In this document: positions 44,814 through 53,653 of the stretch, piece after piece | Numbering within the stretch: the stretch's first letter is position 1 | Layout: each line of letters begins with the position of its first letter | NCBI GenBank assembly: GCA_963726245.1 | Contig: CAVSBT010000037.1 | Span: 1 to 64,000, forward strand | DNA: 64,000 bases | DNA from: an uncultured Chloroflexia bacterium | GTDB taxonomy: Bacteria > Chloroflexota > Dehalococcoidia > DSTF01 > JALHUB01 | Direction of reading: 5' to 3' | Made by a program: the position numbers and the translations under genes | The notes under the pieces: generated by a model | The model's input: only the letters and a program-made list of their open reading frames with translations | Told to the model about the DNA's origin: nothing | Databases searched by the model: none

Positions 44814-46016
44814 TTAGCCTGAGGGCTCGGCTACCAGAATCTCGATGGCAGGAAGCAGGACGGGGGTCGGATCCTCCATCCAGTTCATCGCTGCCGCGAT
44901 GGTGATGTCTTGGGCCGGAAGATGACCGACGAACGCCGTGTAGCCGGCCGTCATCCCAAGGTGGCCGATCAGTTCGGTCCCATCAGGGAACACATACTTC
45001 TGCATGCCGAGGCCGTATCCAACCTGTCCACCCTGGTCCGGCGCATCGATGAACGCCAGCATATCATCCAGAGTGCCGGCATTCTGGAACAGTTCACCAG
45101 ACAGCACAGCGTCCAGCAACAGGGCGAGGTCTGATACCGTCGTCACCAGCGCGTCTCCGCCCGCGGCCCCCGCCATTGAGGGGTCAACTCCGGTGATGTC
45201 CACTACGGCGCCGGAGACGGCGGCATACCCGTGGGCGTGGTCGCCGGGAATCGAAACGTCGCCCGGCTCAGGTAGCAACGTGTTCTCGAGGTGGAGCGGC
45301 CGTATCACGCGGTCGGTCACCTCGTCCCGCCACGACCGGCCGGTGGCTCGTTCGATAATCAGGCCGATCAAGTTATAGTCGGTGTTCGAGTAATGGTAAC
45401 TTGCGCCGGGAGCGAAGAGAGGCGGCTGCTGCGCGGCGAGATCCAGGAACTCGTTGACGTCCCAGACCTTTGTGGGGTTGCCTGCGATCTCTCCTATTAC
45501 GGCGGGGGTGAGCCACTCCGGAATCCCGCTGCTGTGGTTCAGGAGCATCCGCACCGTGATCTTGTCGCTGCCGGGAAACTTGCTGGTGATGCTCTCGGGC
45601 AGTACGGCCGGCAGGGGGTCGTCTAGAGAGAACCGCCCCTCCTCCACTAGCTGAAGGGTGACTACGGAAACAAATATCTTCGCGATGCTGCCCGCACGGA
45701 ACCTGTCGTCAGGGCGCATGGGCGTTTCGGTTTCGACGTCACCCAACCCGGACGTGCCAACCCAGGTGCCGAGATCAGGACTGCTCACGTAGAGAATGGC
45801 CCCCGGGAAGCTGGTCTCCGGTTTCTCGACCGCAGCGTCGAGTACCGCCTGCAGCCGGCCGGCAAGCGCCTCGTCGAATGCCCTTGCAGTTGGGACCGCG
45901 GTCGATGCGGCGGGCGGCGTGCGCTCGCTCACGCTGCTGCCGCCGGTGCAGGCCATCGCAGCAAGTGGCACAAGCACGATGGTGAAGACCAGGCCGATCC
46001 ATCCGTGCACTCTCAT
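44814..46016 (-). CDS. Serine hydrolase lipoprotein (D-Ala-D-Ala carboxypeptidase-like)
   Basis: Lipobox-like AMAC, GSIAK, LLNHSSG, YSN and GH.G. Confidence 0.9.
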   Translation of the reverse strand: MRVHGWIGLVFTIVLVPLAAMACTGGSSVSERTPPAASTAVPTARAFDEALAGRLQAVLDAAVEKPETSFPGAILYVSSPDLGTWVGTSGLGDVETETPMRPDDRFRAGSIAKIFVSVVTLQLVEEGRFSLDDPLPAVLPESITSKFPGSDKITVRMLLNHSSGIPEWLTPAVIGEIAGNPTKVWDVNEFLDLAAQQPPLFAPGASYHYSNTDYNLIGLIIERATGRSWRDEVTDRVIRPLHLENTLLPEPGDVSIPGDHAHGYAAVSGAVVDITGVDPSMAGAAGGDALVTTVSDLALLLDAVLSGELFQNAGTLDDMLAFIDAPDQGGQVGYGLGMQKYVFPDGTELIGHLGMTAGYTAFVGHLPAQDITIAAAMNWMEDPTPVLLPAIEILVAEPSG

Positions 46017-46137
46017 TGCCGCGGGCCTTCCTCTCTTGCTGGCTTCTTCGCGCGTACACTAATTCACCCGTCGGCCGAGACGCAACTTGCCCGCGAGTGC
46101 CAGGAGTTCCAAGCCCGCTAAGCCAAATAGATTGACC

Positions 46138-46255
46138 CTGCGGGATGAATCCCGCAGCTTCGCGAGAAGCTGAGGGTTTCAACCCTCAGATGGAATCTGC
46201 ATACTTGAAGACCATCTAGGCTGGCACGACTGCCAGGCTGAAGCGCGGCCTTCGG
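46138..46255. repeat. GAAG-type REP doublet plus a GCCAGGCTGAAG-type copy
   Basis: CTGCGGGATGAATCCCGCAGCTTC / GAAGCTGAGGGTTTCAACCCTCAG. 46216-46255 aligns to 40813-40872 without the insert. Confidence 0.7.
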
Positions 46256-46302
46256 AGGTGGCCTTCTCGACCATCAAGGGTGGGTCGTGACTGTTAGCGG
46301 GC

Positions 46303-47352
46303 CTAAAGCCGGTTGAGGGCGTCGACGAAGGCGCGCAGGCGGCCGTACCTACGACGGTTGAACCAGAAGGCGATGCGAGCGTGCTCGAGGGCATCGCCGT
46401 CGGCCACCTCCGCCGGCAGCGGTTCGATGACCTCGAACGTGCCGGACTCCAGGAGGTCGGCGAACTCTCGCCGGAGGCGGGTCAGGTCGCTCACGCCGGG
46501 CGCTCGAAGCAGCCGCAGCACGAGCCGGTGGCCGACGTAGCGCTGCGACTGGTAGTTGCGGTAGAAGCCGGTCACTTCGTTGAGGGCGTCTTCCACGTCG
46601 TGAGTGAAGTGGAGGAGGTTCATGTCGTCGAGGGAGATGAGGCCGCGGCGGGCCAGGTTCCCTTCCACGAAGGCGCGCCAGTCCGCCCAGTAGGTGCCGC
46701 CGGGGGCCTCGAGAAGGACCACCGGGTGAAGGTCGCTCTTGCCGGTCTGGACGAGAGTCAGGAGCTCGAAGGCTTCGTCCAGGGTTCCGAAGCCGCCCGG
46801 CAACAGCACGAAGGCGTCCGACTCCTTGATGAAAGTGACCTTGCGCGTGAAGAAGTAGTTGAAGTTGATGAGCTTGGGGTCGGCCTCGATGATCGGGTTG
46901 GCCTCGGCCTCCATGGGCAGCCTGATGTTCAGGCCGAAGCTACGACGGGCGCCGGCGCCGTCCTGCGCAGCCTGCATGATGCCCGGGCCGGCGCCGGTGA
47001 TCACCATCCAGCCCCGCTTGACGATGCCGGCCGTGAACTGACGGGTATAGCCATAGTCCGCGTCGTCCTCGGTGGCGCGGGACGAACCGAAGACGCTCAC
47101 CTTGCGGATGCCTCGATAGGGTGCGAACACCCTGGCGACGTAAGCGAACTCTTTCAGGGCAGCGTTGATCAGCTTGAGGTCGGCCGGGGCCGTGTCGCCG
47201 CGCGCCAGGCGAAGGACGGAGGCCACCATCGCTTCGACGATGTCTGGCCGGCGCTCGATCCCGAGACCGCCGACGAAGTCGCGAATCCGGGCGTCGAGCT
47301 CCGCATCGCCGGTACCGTAAGGTTTTCGCCGCCTCGTGCGGCTCTCTATCAT
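46303..47352 (-). CDS. LOG family / TIGR00730 Rossmann-fold protein
   Basis: VFGSSR, TGAGPGIM, YFFTRK and PGGFGTLDE. Confidence 0.93.
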   Translation of the reverse strand: MIESRTRRRKPYGTGDAELDARIRDFVGGLGIERRPDIVEAMVASVLRLARGDTAPADLKLINAALKEFAYVARVFAPYRGIRKVSVFGSSRATEDDADYGYTRQFTAGIVKRGWMVITGAGPGIMQAAQDGAGARRSFGLNIRLPMEAEANPIIEADPKLINFNYFFTRKVTFIKESDAFVLLPGGFGTLDEAFELLTLVQTGKSDLHPVVLLEAPGGTYWADWRAFVEGNLARRGLISLDDMNLLHFTHDVEDALNEVTGFYRNYQSQRYVGHRLVLRLLRAPGVSDLTRLRREFADLLESGTFEVIEPLPAEVADGDALEHARIAFWFNRRRYGRLRAFVDALNRL

Positions 47353-47754
47353 GCGCGAATCCTTCCTCGCCAACAGTCCTGTTACCATCATCGGCGGTCG
47401 AGGAGCCGCTTTTCAAGGTCTGCCCCAAAGTGCTGCCGAAACCTGACGCTGGCCGCTCAGCGCAATCGCCCTTTGGTCGAGACCACGCGTGATTGCCTCC
47501 CCTAGCTCTGGCTTGCGCCCGCAGGTGTAGACTGCCTTTCGCCCCCTTGCGGCCGTCGTCACGGAATCGTTAGTATGGTGAATCGCGGGTGGGAGTTGAC
47601 AGTGCTCCGGCCTTTTCTCTCGCACAGCCTGTGAGCCAGGCTGCCAGAAAGACGGCGCCTCAGGTTCGCGCCTCAAGACGCTTAGTCGCAACGCAAGATG
47701 ACTGGATTTGGCAGTCGGGGCGGGAGACGCTCAACTGATCAGAGGAGGCCCCAC

Positions 47755-48408
47755 ATGCCTCAATCTGGACAAGTCAGCGGGACCGTATTCCTACGGCCGG
47801 TGCGCATGGGGCTTGCATTCAAGCCCAACCTCGAAAGCCTAGTTCGCTCAGTACAGAGTGCGACATGCTCATGGGGCGGAGTCTTTCATGCGCTTCTCCC
47901 GCCAGAGCCAGCACATGCATCCCTGGCGCTTGCCCGGAGCCTGGGGGTCGATGTGATCTGGCCAATGGATCAGGACCCTCTCTCCGACCGCCTTTCCAAG
48001 ACGTCTGGGTTCAATTGGACGGGGTGGAACGGGCCGTTCGAAGTGTCGGACAGCAACCTTGGTTCGCGACTGCTTGATCCCAGCTGGCTCCTTGATGACG
48101 TCAATGGGTCATCGCTTGTGCTTCCGCGTTGGAGCCAGGACGACCCACTGCGCGAATTGTTTGCTGTCTGGTTCGGTGTGTATCCAGATTCCGGGCCGGG
48201 TCGAGAACTTGCTGGGCTGTACGGCGAACGTGCCAAAGAGGTACACCTCGCTCGGCTCGGTTCGGTACCAGCGCTGGCTGGCAGCTTGACACCAATAGAG
48301 GTGACAGGGCTGGAGATTGAGCATAAAGGAGAATGGGCCGGGACCGGAATCATGGTGCTCGATCCGCGCAATCCCGCGCACCTTATGCTGCTCTGGAACG
48401 TCCGGCGG
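47755..48408 (+). pseudogene. Truncated foreign-looking hypothetical gene (N-terminal fragment)
   Basis: GAGGAGG RBS and atypical codon usage for ~218 codons; it then runs without a stop into the antisense of the aldo/keto reductase. Confidence 0.55.
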
Positions 48409-49242
48409 CTAGGCGGAGGGCGCGGCCGACCTCGCCAGGTAGTCCTCTGCGTCGCGGCGCAGGCGGGCTTTCTCGGAGGGAGTCATCGGCTTCGAGGAGA
48501 CGGCGAGAGTCACGTTCTCCTCCACCTCCCAAGGGAAGCGCATGCCCGGGATCACCACCGACAGGTGACGGTTGGAGAGGACGTAGCGCAGGAGCGTCTG
48601 GGCGTTCAGGCGGTCCTCCAGGTGAAAGGCCTTCAGCGCCCCCACCATGCCGAACCCGCCCAGCGGCTTCATGACGATGACGCCGATGTCCTTTCGCTGC
48701 GCCAGGCGGATAAGTGGCTCGTTCCGGAGGTCGAAGACGTTGTACCTGAGCTGAATGGTGTCGAACTCGCCGCTGTCGACAGCCTGGCGCAGCACCCGGT
48801 GGGAGTGGCTGGAGAGGCCGACGTAGCGGACCAGACCCCGCTCTTGAGCCTCTCTCAACCCCTCCAGGGCGCCGCCGGGGGCCATCACCTGCTCCCACTG
48901 GTCGCGGCGGACGTCGGCAAGCTGGTAGATGTCGACTGCTGACAGGCCCAGGTGCTCCAGGCTTCGCTCCAGGTCGCGCAGGGCGGCGTCCCGCGAGCGA
49001 CCGAGCGTCTTGCTGGCGACGTGTACCGAGGCCCGGCCGGCTAGCCCGCTGAGGGCGCCGCCAATCATGTACTCGCTGCCCCGGTAGAGGCGTCCCGTCT
49101 CGACGAGGTTGACACCCAGGGCGAACGCTCTGCGCAGGGCCTCTTCACCCTCGGCGGAGCCGGCCACCTGGGCGCCGCCGAAGCCCAGCTCGCCGACCAG
49201 CAGGCCCGTGCGCCCCAGCCGCCTCAGACGTAGCTCAGGCAT
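48409..49242 (-). CDS. Aldo/keto reductase
   Basis: LGRTG..V..LGFG, ASK, SLEHL...VDIYQ, GLSSH and MKPLGG. Confidence 0.93.
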   Translation of the reverse strand: MPELRLRRLGRTGLLVGELGFGGAQVAGSAEGEEALRRAFALGVNLVETGRLYRGSEYMIGGALSGLAGRASVHVASKTLGRSRDAALRDLERSLEHLGLSAVDIYQLADVRRDQWEQVMAPGGALEGLREAQERGLVRYVGLSSHSHRVLRQAVDSGEFDTIQLRYNVFDLRNEPLIRLAQRKDIGVIVMKPLGGFGMVGALKAFHLEDRLNAQTLLRYVLSNRHLSVVIPGMRFPWEVEENVTLAVSSKPMTPSEKARLRRDAEDYLARSAAPSA

Positions 49243-49303
49243 GGGTCCCTTCTTCTCTCCTCAGACGCCCCGTCGTTCTCTACTACTCTAGCAGCAAGCC
49301 CTC

Positions 49304-49355
49304 TTGACTGCCGACAGGCTCCAGGATATAGTGGTTATGGACATAGGTCCATAAC
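49304..49355 (+). promoter_or_regulatory. sigma70 promoter with a downstream palindromic operator
   Basis: TTGACT-17-TATAGT, then GTTATGGAC-ATAG-GTCCATAAC (49334-49355) directly before the ATG. Confidence 0.8.
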
Positions 49356-49356
49356 T

Positions 49357-49857
49357 ATGCCGAGACCGATCAAGTGGCGCTGTGTGACCCACGTACCGTC
49401 GGTCACCTACTTCAAGCCGGCGGGCCAACCCCTGCGTGCCCTGGAAGAGGTTGGCCTGACGGTGGAGGAGGTAGAAGCCCTCCGACTCAAGGACCTGGCG
49501 GGGTTGGAGCAGGAGGAATGCGCCGAAAGGATGCGCATCTCCCGCCCCACGTTCCACCGAGTCCTCCAGTCCGCCCGCCGGAAGGTGGCCGACGTTCTGG
49601 TGAACGGCAAAGCTCTGCGCATCGAGGGGGGGAACTTCGCTCTGCCCAGACAGCCCTTTCAGTGTCGGCTCGATGGCCACGTGTGGACCGTCCCATTCGC
49701 AGCTCTCGTGGCGGGGCCGCCGCCGGCCTGCCCCCGCTGCCAGAGCCCGAGCGTGCTGGCCGTTCACCCCCACGGCCACGGCGCCGGCCGTGGGCGGGGC
49801 CGCAGGCGAAACCAGCCGCAGGACGAGCGCGACCTGTACTACGGAGGTGAAACTTGA
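49357..49857 (+). CDS. DUF134 (UPF0251) HTH protein with a C-terminal Zn ribbon
   Basis: MPRP.K.R.V, FKPAG, EEVEALRL.D..GL.QEECA..M.ISRPTF and IEGG; C..DGH.W...CP.C. Confidence 0.93.
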   Translation: MPRPIKWRCVTHVPSVTYFKPAGQPLRALEEVGLTVEEVEALRLKDLAGLEQEECAERMRISRPTFHRVLQSARRKVADVLVNGKALRIEGGNFALPRQPFQCRLDGHVWTVPFAALVAGPPPACPRCQSPSVLAVHPHGHGAGRGRGRRRNQPQDERDLYYGGET

Positions 49858-50072
49858 TCACCACACGAGGAAGAGGCTTCGGGAAAGGCCGAGCGTCGGG
49901 CGGCACCACCATCTGTCGATGCCGCCGCTGCGGCCACTCCCAGCCCCACGACCGCGGCGTTCCCTGCACCTCGCTTCCCTGCCCGAACTGCGGGGCGAAA
50001 ATGCTCGGCGAGCGCTGCACCCAGAAGTTGACTGCAAAGCTTCAACAGAGATTAGGAGGACAACATGCGTAG
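49854..50072 (+). CDS. Small Cys-rich Zn-ribbon protein
   Basis: CRCRRCGH..PH.RG.PC....CPNCG; GGAGGTG RBS; overlaps both neighbours. Confidence 0.8.
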   Translation: MITTRGRGFGKGRASGGTTICRCRRCGHSQPHDRGVPCTSLPCPNCGAKMLGERCTQKLTAKLQQRLGGQHA

Positions 50073-50517
50073 AAGACATCGTCGAATGTACCAGCTCACC
50101 GGCCTGCCGGGCTGGGCGCGGTCCGGCCATCACGGCGGCGGTTGCTGCTGCGGCGAGCACGGCCCATCCCACCACGAATCCGGCCATCACGGCGGCGGTT
50201 GCTGCTGCGGCGAACACGGCCCATCCCACCACGAATCCGGCCATCACGGCGGCGGTTGCTGCTGCGGCGAACACGGCCCATCCCACCACGAATCCGGCCA
50301 TCACGGCGGCGGTTGCTGCTGCGGCGAGCACGGCCCATCCCACCACGGACCCATGCCCCGGGAGGCGTGCCACGAGCCCGCTTGGGCCAGCCCCTGCGGG
50401 GCGCTTCCGACCGCGGAGGAGGAACGGGACTTCCTGAAAGCCCAGGCGGACGCCCTCAGGCGCTACCTGGGGCGCATCGAGCGCCGCATTAGCGAACTGG
50501 AGCCAAGCGAGGCTTAG
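50065..50517 (+). CDS. DUF5320-like protein with His/Cys-rich tandem repeats
   Basis: RRMYQLTGLPGWAR N-terminus and EEERDFLKAQA..L...L..IE.RI.EL coiled-coil C-terminus. Confidence 0.85.
   Translation: MRRRHRRMYQLTGLPGWARSGHHGGGCCCGEHGPSHHESGHHGGGCCCGEHGPSHHESGHHGGGCCCGEHGPSHHESGHHGGGCCCGEHGPSHHGPMPREACHEPAWASPCGALPTAEEERDFLKAQADALRRYLGRIERRISELEPSEA
50122..50349 (+). repeat. 57-bp tandem repeat x4 (SGHHGGGCCCGEHGPSHHE)
   Basis: Units start at 50122, 50179, 50236 and 50293; they differ only at a synonymous GAG/GAA and the final codon. Confidence 0.97.
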
Positions 50518-50556
50518 CTACAGCGGCCAGCCGCCGCTGGAAGGGGAGGTCAGCGC

Positions 50557-50952
50557 ATGAAGCTAGCAGTCGTCTCGGAGGATGGGGTGAAGGTCAGCCA
50601 GCACTTCGGCAGGGCCCCCTACTACGTCGTCGTCACGGTGGAGGAGGGCCAGATCGTGGGCAGCGAGAGGCGGGAGAAGGCCGGCCACCACACCTTCGCC
50701 GCCCAGGAGCACCACCCACCGAGGCATGAGCAACATGGGTACGGGGTCGCGGCCGGCGCCAAGCATGAGCAGATGGCTGAGGTCATCGCCGACTGCGATG
50801 CCGTCATCGCCGGCGGCATGGGCCGGGGCGCCTACGAGGCCATGCAGGCGCGCGGCATCCGCCCCGTCATCACCGACCTGCTCGACCTCCGCGAGGCGGC
50901 GCTACAGTGCGCCCAGGGGACGCTGCCCAACCTCACGGAGCGCCTGCACTAA
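50557..50952 (+). CDS. NifB/NifX family (dinitrogenase FeMo-cofactor-like) protein
   Basis: VSQHFGRAPYY and CDAVIAGGMG.GA, with a His-rich loop. Confidence 0.92.
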   Translation: MKLAVVSEDGVKVSQHFGRAPYYVVVTVEEGQIVGSERREKAGHHTFAAQEHHPPRHEQHGYGVAAGAKHEQMAEVIADCDAVIAGGMGRGAYEAMQARGIRPVITDLLDLREAALQCAQGTLPNLTERLH

Positions 50953-51120
50953 CGCCCGTCACCGCAAGCAGCCCGGCAGGAGCGCCTCCGTCAACCACAC
51001 AATAGGATTCGCTCTTGCCCTTGCGGCAGTCCCGTCGATATCGCCCTCTCCCCCCCGCGGATCATAGGATACAATGCAGTCGACGCGGATTTCAGCCGTG
51101 GACTCCAAGGGGGCGAAACC

Positions 51121-52713
51121 ATGCCGTCCAAGCAAGAGATACAGGAAGCGCTGGCCCGGAGGCTCCTCCTGGGGGAGCTGATCGCCCGCAACGCCCGTAA
51201 GTTCCCCGACAAGGAAGCTGTCGTCTTCGGCGACACACGCCTCACCTACAGGGAGTTCAACGCCCGCATCAACCGGCTCGCCCACGCCTTCATAGACATG
51301 GGCATCGGCCACGGGGACAAGGTCGCCATCCTCATGTTCAACTGCCACCAGTACCTGGAGTGCTACTTCGCCCTCGGCAAGATCGGAGCGGTGGCCGTGC
51401 CCCTGAACTTCCGGCTCCACCCTGACGAGATCGTCTACATCACCAACAACGCCGACGCCATCGCGATGGTGGTGGGCGAGCAGTTCGTCGACACGATGAG
51501 AGGCATCCAAAGAGAGCTGCCCCTGGTCAAGCAATACGTCTCTGTTACAGCGACGCCGGTGGAGGGGATGGCCCACTACGAGACCCTCATCCGCAAGTAC
51601 CCGGACGACGAGCCCCTCGTCCTGGTCGACGAGGAGGACCCCGCCTTCATCATGTACACGGCAGGAACCACCGGGAGGCCGAAGGGAGCGGTGCTGACCC
51701 ACCAGAGCCAGGTGATAATGTGGATGCTGGTCGGCATTCAGGTGATCTCCGAGCCTGGCGCAGGCAACGTGTGGGACTGGCGGATATGCTCGCCTCCCCC
51801 GATCTTCCACCTGGCGTCCTTCGGCACCTGCCAGGAGGGGCTGCTCCTCGGAGCGACCGTGGTCCTGCCTACTGAGGTCTTCAACCCACAGGAGATCATG
51901 GAGATCATCGAGCGGGAGAAGACCGACTACATTCTGCTCATACCAGCCATGGCCAGTTTCCTTCTCCAACTGCCCGACCTGGGCAAGTACGACGCCAGCT
52001 CCCTGAAGGTCTGGGGGTCGGGCGGCGCCGTCCTGCCCACCCAGACCCGCAAGGCGATGCTGGAGCGCTTCCCAGGCCTGATGGTCTACGACTGCTTCGG
52101 CCAGACGGAGACGGGCGCCGTGGTCTGCGCGCTCAGGCCCTCGGAGGCCGAGCGAAAAGTAGCCTCCGTAGGCAGGCCCCTGCCCTTCGTCGAGGTCCGC
52201 GTGGTGGATGACGAGGACCGGGACGTGCCCATCGGCGAGGTTGGGGAAGCCGTCTACCAGGGGCCCAACATCATGAAGGAGTACTACAAGAACCCCGAAG
52301 CTACCGCCCGGGCCATGAGAAACGGCTGGTTCCACTCGGGGGACCTGGTGCGCCAGGACGAAGAGGGCTACATCTACGTCGTCGACCGCAAGACGGACAT
52401 GATCGTGAGCGGCGGCGAGAACATCTACCCCGCCGAGGTGGAGGAGGTCCTGTACCAGCACCCCAAGATCCTGGAGGCGGCCGTCATCGGTGTCTATGAC
52501 GAGCAGTGGGGCGAGGCGGTGAAAGCGGTGGTGGTGCCCAAGCCGGGCGAAACGCTGACCGAGGAAGAAGTCATCGACTTCTGCAAGCAGCACCTGGCCA
52601 GCTACAAGAAGCCCAGCTCCGTCGACTTCATCGATGCCCTGCCGAGGAATCCCGCCATGAAGGTGCTGAAGAGGGTCCTTCGGGAAAGGTACGGGAAGTC
52701 GGTCAGGTACTAG
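51121..52713 (+). CDS. Long-chain acyl-CoA ligase
   Basis: YTAGTTGRPKG, FGQTE, GWFHSGD, DRKTDMIVSGGENIYPAEVE and LPRNP..K. Confidence 0.95.
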   Translation: MPSKQEIQEALARRLLLGELIARNARKFPDKEAVVFGDTRLTYREFNARINRLAHAFIDMGIGHGDKVAILMFNCHQYLECYFALGKIGAVAVPLNFRLHPDEIVYITNNADAIAMVVGEQFVDTMRGIQRELPLVKQYVSVTATPVEGMAHYETLIRKYPDDEPLVLVDEEDPAFIMYTAGTTGRPKGAVLTHQSQVIMWMLVGIQVISEPGAGNVWDWRICSPPPIFHLASFGTCQEGLLLGATVVLPTEVFNPQEIMEIIEREKTDYILLIPAMASFLLQLPDLGKYDASSLKVWGSGGAVLPTQTRKAMLERFPGLMVYDCFGQTETGAVVCALRPSEAERKVASVGRPLPFVEVRVVDDEDRDVPIGEVGEAVYQGPNIMKEYYKNPEATARAMRNGWFHSGDLVRQDEEGYIYVVDRKTDMIVSGGENIYPAEVEEVLYQHPKILEAAVIGVYDEQWGEAVKAVVVPKPGETLTEEEVIDFCKQHLASYKKPSSVDFIDALPRNPAMKVLKRVLRERYGKSVRY

Positions 52714-52765
52714 CAGCGCACCGAGCGGCTGCGCCGGCGGCGGCGAGAGGTGCAAGGAGATTCCC

Positions 52766-53239
52766 ATGGCCTTGACACTCGAGGGACGCGTTGAGCTGGT
52801 GGACGGCATGACGTTCAGGGGCGTGTCCGGCTCAGGCCACGCAGTGCTCATGGACGCCGACCCCGCGGCCGGCGGGCAGACGCGGGGCCCGCTTCCCATG
52901 GAGGTGGTGCTTCTGGCCTTCGGCGGCTGTACCGGGATGGACGTCATCTCCATCCTGCGCAAGATGAGGCAGGACGTGGCCGGTTACGAAGTGCGGCTCG
53001 TGGGGAACCGCACGGCGGAGCAACCGACGGTCTTCACCGATATCACCGTCGAACACGTGGTGCGGGGGCGCAACCTCAACGTGGACAACGTGCTGCGCGC
53101 CATCGAGCTCTCGGTCACCCGCTACTGCCCCGTTTCGGCGATGCTCAGCAAGGGCGGAGTGCGCATCACCGAACGCTACCGGCTCATCGACGAGGCCACC
53201 GGCCAGGAGCAATCGGGGCTCCGCGAGACGAACCTCTGA
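52766..53239 (+). CDS. OsmC family protein
   Basis: PME..L..GGCTGMDV and YCPVSAML. Confidence 0.93.
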   Translation: MALTLEGRVELVDGMTFRGVSGSGHAVLMDADPAAGGQTRGPLPMEVVLLAFGGCTGMDVISILRKMRQDVAGYEVRLVGNRTAEQPTVFTDITVEHVVRGRNLNVDNVLRAIELSVTRYCPVSAMLSKGGVRITERYRLIDEATGQEQSGLRETNL

Positions 53240-53257
53240 CCGCACTACCCTCGGGAA

Positions 53258-53465
53258 GTGCAGAGGGGGCCCTGCCCCCTCTGCCGGGGGTCTGGGGGTG
53301 TCCCCCAGGTTCAATATTCTTCCCAGGGCGGGTGGGCGGGCAGAACCACCTACCGTCAGGCACATCGAGCCAAACAGTTCATGACCATTAGCCCCGTCTT
53401 CAAGGGGGCGGACGGAGCTGAAGCTCCGTCCCTACGTCTCCTGCCAGGCTGAAGCCTGGCCTTCG
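53258..53465. repeat. Mixed palindromic repeat cluster
   Basis: GCAGAGGGGGC..GCCCCCTCTGC, CTGGGGG..CCCCCAG, GGACGGAGC..GCTCCGTCCCTAC and GCCAGGCTGAAGCCTGGC. Confidence 0.7.
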
Positions 53466-53653
53466 CGTGCAAGGCCTGCAGTCGTACCTCAACATTTGAC
53501 GTTTAGGCTCCGGCGCAGTACTGTACGAGAACCACAAGCACGAGGCTGACAGCTTTACTCTCACGCGGGCCCCCGGCAGGGACCGGCACAGCCGGATTCG
53601 CAGGAGAAGCCAGCGAGGAAGGTGCAACACGAGACGTGACGGGCGCGCGTTCA

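Noticed and set aside
50122-50349. CRISPR array
   Set aside because: Head-to-tail identical units with no spacers, in frame within a CDS, and no cas genes in the window.
50557-50952. NifX-like gene as evidence of nitrogen fixation
   Set aside because: The family is widespread in non-diazotrophs and no nitrogenase genes are present.
50959-52962. Long antisense ORFs (e.g. 667 aa here, 448 aa at 8682, 446 aa at 27104)
   Set aside because: Shadow ORFs of high-GC genes with no recognisable motifs.
53466-53653. Riboswitch upstream of the efflux operon
   Set aside because: Short hairpins only; no family consensus or terminator recognised.
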